Shown here: positions 63,101 to 64,000 of the stretch, in pieces
Numbering within the stretch: the stretch's first letter is position 1
How the letters are laid out: the number at the start of each line of letters is the position of its first letter
From: Flavobacteriales bacterium
GTDB taxonomy: Bacteria > Bacteroidota > Bacteroidia > DT-38
Assembly (NCBI GenBank): GCA_013214205.1
Contig: JABSPQ010000095.1
Location: forward strand, 5,886-69,885
Length of the DNA stretch: 64,000 nucleotides
Direction of reading: 5' to 3'
Translations under genes and position numbers: made by a program
Notes under the pieces: model-generated
Seen by the model: only the letters and a program-made list of their open reading frames with translations
Databases searched by the model: none
What the model was told of the DNA's origin: nothing

Positions 63101-64000
63101 ACGAAATTGTTTATACTGTACCTATTATAAATCTTGGTTCATCCACATGGGAAGTAAATAGTACTGTGTTCACTCTTACCCTCGATCATGGTAGAAAACT
63201 CAAATATATTCCAGCCGATACAGATAATGGAGTTACGTTTAGCTTTCTTTCTGAGAATACTTACGCTGCCGGAGTTTCGGTATATGAATACCGCTTTACA
63301 CAGCCAATACTTCCTGGAAGTGGAGTGTTCTACGCTCGACTATATGTTGATGTACCAGATGTTCAAGAACCTGTTGAAGGCTGGTATACCGAAGTAAGTT
63401 TAAGTTCAGAATGCGATGGGTCAATGGTTGAACTTAAAAGAATTGTAGATCACCAAACAGCAGCATGTTCTTGCGATCCTAACGACAAAAATGTTACACC
63501 AACTGGATGTGGTATTCAAGGTTTAATTAATGAGCAAACCCTTGATTATAGGATTCGATTCCAAAATCTTGGAGGAGGAAATGCGCATGACATTTATGTG
63601 ACTGATATATTAGATGAGAACTTAGATTTAGGTACGTTTAAGTTGGGTTCTTCTTCTCATAACATTACTAATCATCATATTGATGCCAATAGTAGAAAAC
63701 TTACTGTTTACTTTACAGGAATAGAGTTGCCTGCATATAAATTCGATGAAGAAGGCAGCAAAGGATTCTTTGAATTCTCTATTGATGTACTTGAAGACCG
63801 TGAACCTGGAACAACCGTTACCAATAGTGCTTCAATTTTCTTTGATGCCAACGAACCCGTAATCACCAACACCACCATCAACACATTGGTTGATGGAGAA
63901 GTTATTCCATCGATAACAGCTAGTGCTGATGTTACCATCAATGAAGGAGAAAGCACGGAGCTTACTGCTACGGCTTCTGGTAGTTTACCTCCTTATGAAT
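54199..64000 (+). CDS. giant secreted mosaic surface protein (>3267 aa, C-terminus beyond window): SprB repeats + embedded M43 metallopeptidase + PKD x2 + P-domain-like + DUF11-like
   Basis: I translated frame 1 by hand from ATG 54199 to the window end and met no stop. Signal peptide MNTIISSNFKAFKLLIVVLTVMFTQIMSVSAQ. HEAGHWLGLYH at 58180-58212, NYMSY Met-turn, WDFGDG and WDFGDM PKD cores, and repeated C.G..DG...V.GG..PY.Y.WS motifs. It is absent from the ORF track because it has no stop codon in the window. Confidence 0.8.
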   Translation, partial: MNTIISSNFKAFKLLIVVLTVMFTQIMSVSAQCDPTVTNNAVLLYVNDQPLTSSLTDGSWLESYYDYQFNFYQGGVQVASHEMERDAEGNLILLKYIDLEGIFVDETYNVKIAIKNAEGDNWSCDGDLRTLHLINDAQVLYCGEHTLPTNVTDKTWFADYDGYRFNFYQNSELVAFHEMKTDEEGKFIIVQYGDIDGLNFGQTYDVAIAIKQDGDEAWSVDGVSCSVTFPTCSANNPAVNVSTIIEDASCEEASNGKIVATVSGGTSPFVYEWSDELKQTNSTAVELSAGTYTVTVTDKVGCSSTQTSTVTQKGGDYLVNGVGTSTTCHGGNDGSAEVVVVQSGESQTLTCVWGEEAGVQTSCTATGLSAGSYPVTVVNQNGCSPKYQISASVKNGSDYLITGVGTSTTCDGGNDGSTEVVVVQSEEEQTLTCAWGPEVGATENCTATGLSAGSYPVTVVNQNGCSPKYQISASVKNGSHYLVQGIGTSTTCYEGNDGIAEVVVVQSEEEQTLTCAWGPEAGVQTSCTAIGLSAGTYPVTVTNQNGCSPTYQITVEVKNGVNPTGNLALSIITEVTNGVCSEEGNGQIATEVNGGTTPFSYAWSDVADQTSAVATGLESGTYTVTVTDLIGCSTSKSASVLQEGSSLTDVEFTIRNVQCNGTLGAAFIDKVVGGNTWPTGYSYAWSTGQSGTHADGLNIVDDLPAGEYTVTVTDALGCSMEETFSIEAEDCGCAHITWINATQDGKWETASNWSTGTVPSPKDAAIFKDATEQYPYSNTDAVLSTNTSVGQIIIEDSYSATVDLSNTNEVKLSKLEFECATGDLTINGGSFKAPNDLFMDGNLLVGYASYLHENGTLNFVGNLQQTITSIDEIILHDFIINNEEGALLLGPDFIIENSLDFQSGIISNSNNQIVIFEDNAVALNASNNSYVEGKVMKTGTTDFEFPVGKAGEYRMIGISAPTENSHFVAEYFKGPTPDVQADNLLMINYLEYWELSRPFGLGSTNITLSWNENSRHFNPLASMVVAQDINNEWTDKGNGYVHSNDYGYTGVITSNNVISFTHNKFTIGYNAIKLGCGTSSLAANQNIDNYPIPPIDPFNISPDNIEPDNTAPVAPILFIKPAINTVPLDQILFDAPSIAAAQSAGATAEPTYIIPVAFHLIYDDDGVSSPLVTKERIDAAMNVLNEAFIGQASIANVTDHDMRISFCLAEYDPNGGIIDYDGCTNNYSIPVSEALFSLSGTDMVTIVNATKQWSNKEYMNIYVVDDIVSDDGLSIAGFAKLPSGLSTINGFDGLVMRNNMVGDNGFSAIPAPPHPLNNNYDLGLTLVHEAGHWLGLYHVFDLYNLNPANQCEDISFNQEISDATCSHTGDRVCDTPPMFGTSPGTPVLCNWLSGNENTCIESVTYDGVLEDRDDPTDNYMSYTSDRYGDGEACKYTFSEGQGFRMRQQIGAYRKDLVGTSNLMSKITCPFDAIIDAEFTADITQICIGESVNFEATQHQTSTATYTWDFGDGNIISGTGIGFVTVSHNYTLTSITEAYTVSLTISEADLTAWPNSSTEIKSELTYVSLCPTIASSEGQWYFNNACALDFSSGKPVANNSAYDTDLNQPTIYSPSYYPSLSQSDANGQLVFYASGMTVWNSQHHEVETFSGSGRVLLSVLKPKSNPLDLDEYYIFYQIDGIQAGAGIYYSIYDPNTDFLSTGTQITGPGAQNNSLQTNVSTSMEVIPQCNGTDYWLIFFDEAETNFYVGGLTANGVQTFTSNPSGIPSFGQDILIRINASPSGDKLIISSMWSQTFGAYLYNFDIATGEISNGLQIETIGVEAASFSPNSEVIYLIVKNSQPTLHVGLKAYDLTNLANIESKLLTPFIPWGGPNNHPWYSDLQIGPDGKIYIAELGVGNVLSTPLPPKGRFLSVINFPDAYSNSGFNKRSVPLKSPSSAIKWSYRRLPRINQAKPIPTPAPTSYDVVTGSSCREVEFYAPECINVTSWDFGDMSSPSTDTDPIHVFANSGTYNVTLNFIKNGAIYSITQTYTFDPVIAPTITGPGAALGLVCSYELEVPGQFYSITGNYSACNWSGTGDANSIMANNSPIVGANWNASPSSGEISVSCVDENACTVNSTTGPIIISSIDGSITSSIDPSCTTLGSATVTIIGGVSPYEVEWSGGNSNNVVGYTSNTHSASGLAYSLTGQSVVVADDNNCLFQDIIYFNNVGAVSIDQVYLIDPSSIGGSNGSIAFQLGLGSGDNFDIQWSDASFNETGVLEGPVNLTGLVDGMYDVTITNNVTSCSIVQSFNLLEPIDCFASANIITLSTALVDPSCMLSGDGTIEITATGGTLPYDYNWSNGETTEDLVDLSGGDYTIQVTDGNGCITSALFTLTEPAELAVSGTPVNLTCFSLSNGSIDLTISGGALPYDYDWSNGETTEDLVNLSGGDYTIEATDDNGCITTSLFTLIEPLELTLLGTINDPSCFGLSDGSIDLTISGGTLPYDYNWFNGETSEDLVNLTGGDYTIQVTDGNGCITSSLYTLTDPTELVLSGIPVNPSCNLFCGGAIGDGSIDLTVIGGTAPYNYLWSNAATSEDLTSLSAGPYEVTVTDDNNCESTTSATLFSGNLNVELQDLSVGATCANASGEIQTSVTSVFYSNNCELTESVCSGLGTNEMFIDIPVSGLTGATITNNTVAALCIDGFQATEGHMSIQLYPPGADLTEMKLVTVLGIMGSPWGQSEYNDVCFKNGNYTEIRDDISPFNGTYYAPLDHSDFAGMGMSVDGTWKVRFGWICNDEGTGTFLPWTLGENAISLHINEVSPNITYNWESTTTSVPSGANPSNLLAGTYTVTVDDGGACPPVETVEILNDLGIWDVYTEGEYCDGFGGSVEFYHTNSNLLTYEYNMDGILQSSTEDWHYPLTPGIYGISVTDIDGCERVYNEVITGSSIDCATQQCHANLGITSISESPGSTCALLDADQAFTPCPGNEIVYTVPIINLGSSTWEVNSTVFTLTLDHGRKLKYIPADTDNGVTFSFLSENTYAAGVSVYEYRFTQPILPGSGVFYARLYVDVPDVQEPVEGWYTEVSLSSECDGSMVELKRIVDHQTAACSCDPNDKNVTPTGCGIQGLINEQTLDYRIRFQNLGGGNAHDIYVTDILDENLDLGTFKLGSSSHNITNHHIDANSRKLTVYFTGIELPAYKFDEEGSKGFFEFSIDVLEDREPGTTVTNSASIFFDANEPVITNTTINTLVDGEVIPSITASADVTINEGESTELTATASGSLPPYE
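55138..55875 (+). repeat. 3 x 246-nt near-identical in-frame tandem repeats (82-aa modules) inside the giant ORF
   Basis: Units begin at 55138, 55384 and 55630. Unit peptide GxDYL.xG.GTSTTC.GGNDG..EVVVVQS.E.QTLTC.WG.E.G...CTA.GLSAG.YPVTV.NQNGCSP.YQI...VKNG. Confidence 0.85.
57640..58570 (+). other. M43 (pappalysin/cytophagalysin/ulilysin-type) zinc metallopeptidase catalytic domain embedded in the giant ORF
   Basis: HEXXHXXGXXH as HEAGHWLGLYH at 58180-58212. A Met-turn NYMSY lies about 90 codons downstream, with several Cys around the site (CEDIS..CSHTGDRVCDTPP). Confidence 0.7.
61195..61870 (+). repeat. 3 x 225-nt near-identical in-frame tandem SprB-type repeats (75-aa modules) inside the giant ORF
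   Basis: Units begin at 61195, 61420 and 61645. Unit peptide LPYDY.WSNGETTEDLV.LSGGDYTIQVTDGNGCITS.LFTL.EP.EL..SGT..N..CF.LS.GSIDLTISGG. Confidence 0.85.
62160..62580 (+). other. proprotein-convertase P-domain-like module within the giant ORF
   Basis: ...YYAPLDHSDFAGMGMSVDGTWKVRFGWICNDEGTGTFLPWTL resembles the P-domain signature G.W.L.V.D...D.G.L..W.L. Confidence 0.45.

Overview
This is an AT-rich (~37% GC) chromosomal segment from a Bacteroidota genome. It looks Flavobacteriia/Cytophagia-like, judging by SprB repeats, CHU_C-type and Por-type C-terminal sorting domains, and RpoN. Positions 1-31264 are a dense housekeeping block: kdsB, dprA, gdhA, kbl, rplM-rpsI-rpsB-tsf-pyrH-frr, purQ, purD, yebC, lepA, ribE, a mqnC/mqnE-family radical SAM gene, pepA, pdxA, yceD-rpmF-plsX-fabH, accB-accC and dxs. 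Two large secreted proteins with gliding-motility (T9SS type B) C-terminal domains flank ribE. Positions 31356-38088 hold an RND efflux operon (permease, adaptor, TolC), and its TetR regulator runs in-frame into TolC with no stop codon. asnS, rpoN and two membrane proteins follow. From 42646 the window turns accessory. There is an 870-bp non-coding stretch with a terminator-like hairpin and a tiny glycine-zipper ORF. Next come a 1067-aa SprB-repeat T9SS cargo protein, an orphan ORF with a CxxCH motif, an MBL-fold lipoprotein, and a translationally coupled operon of ECF sigma, FecR anti-sigma, a short STN-domain beta-barrel OMP, and an SBBP-repeat T9SS cargo protein. Divergent from that operon is a giant ORF that is missing from the supplied ORF track because it has no stop codon inside the window. 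It starts at 54199 and is still open at 64000, more than 3267 codons. It is a signal-peptide-bearing mosaic of SprB Cys-repeats, two blocks of near-identical tandem in-frame repeats (3x246 nt and 3x225 nt), an embedded M43 pappalysin/cytophagalysin-type zinc metallopeptidase domain (HEAGHWLGLYH plus an NYMSY Met-turn), two PKD-like modules, a proprotein-convertase P-domain-like module and a DUF11-like beta-sandwich. The protease-in-adhesin giant gene and the ECF/FecR/STN/T9SS-cargo cell-surface-signalling-like module next to it are the most novel candidates. I recognised no rRNA, tRNA, CRISPR array or transposase.
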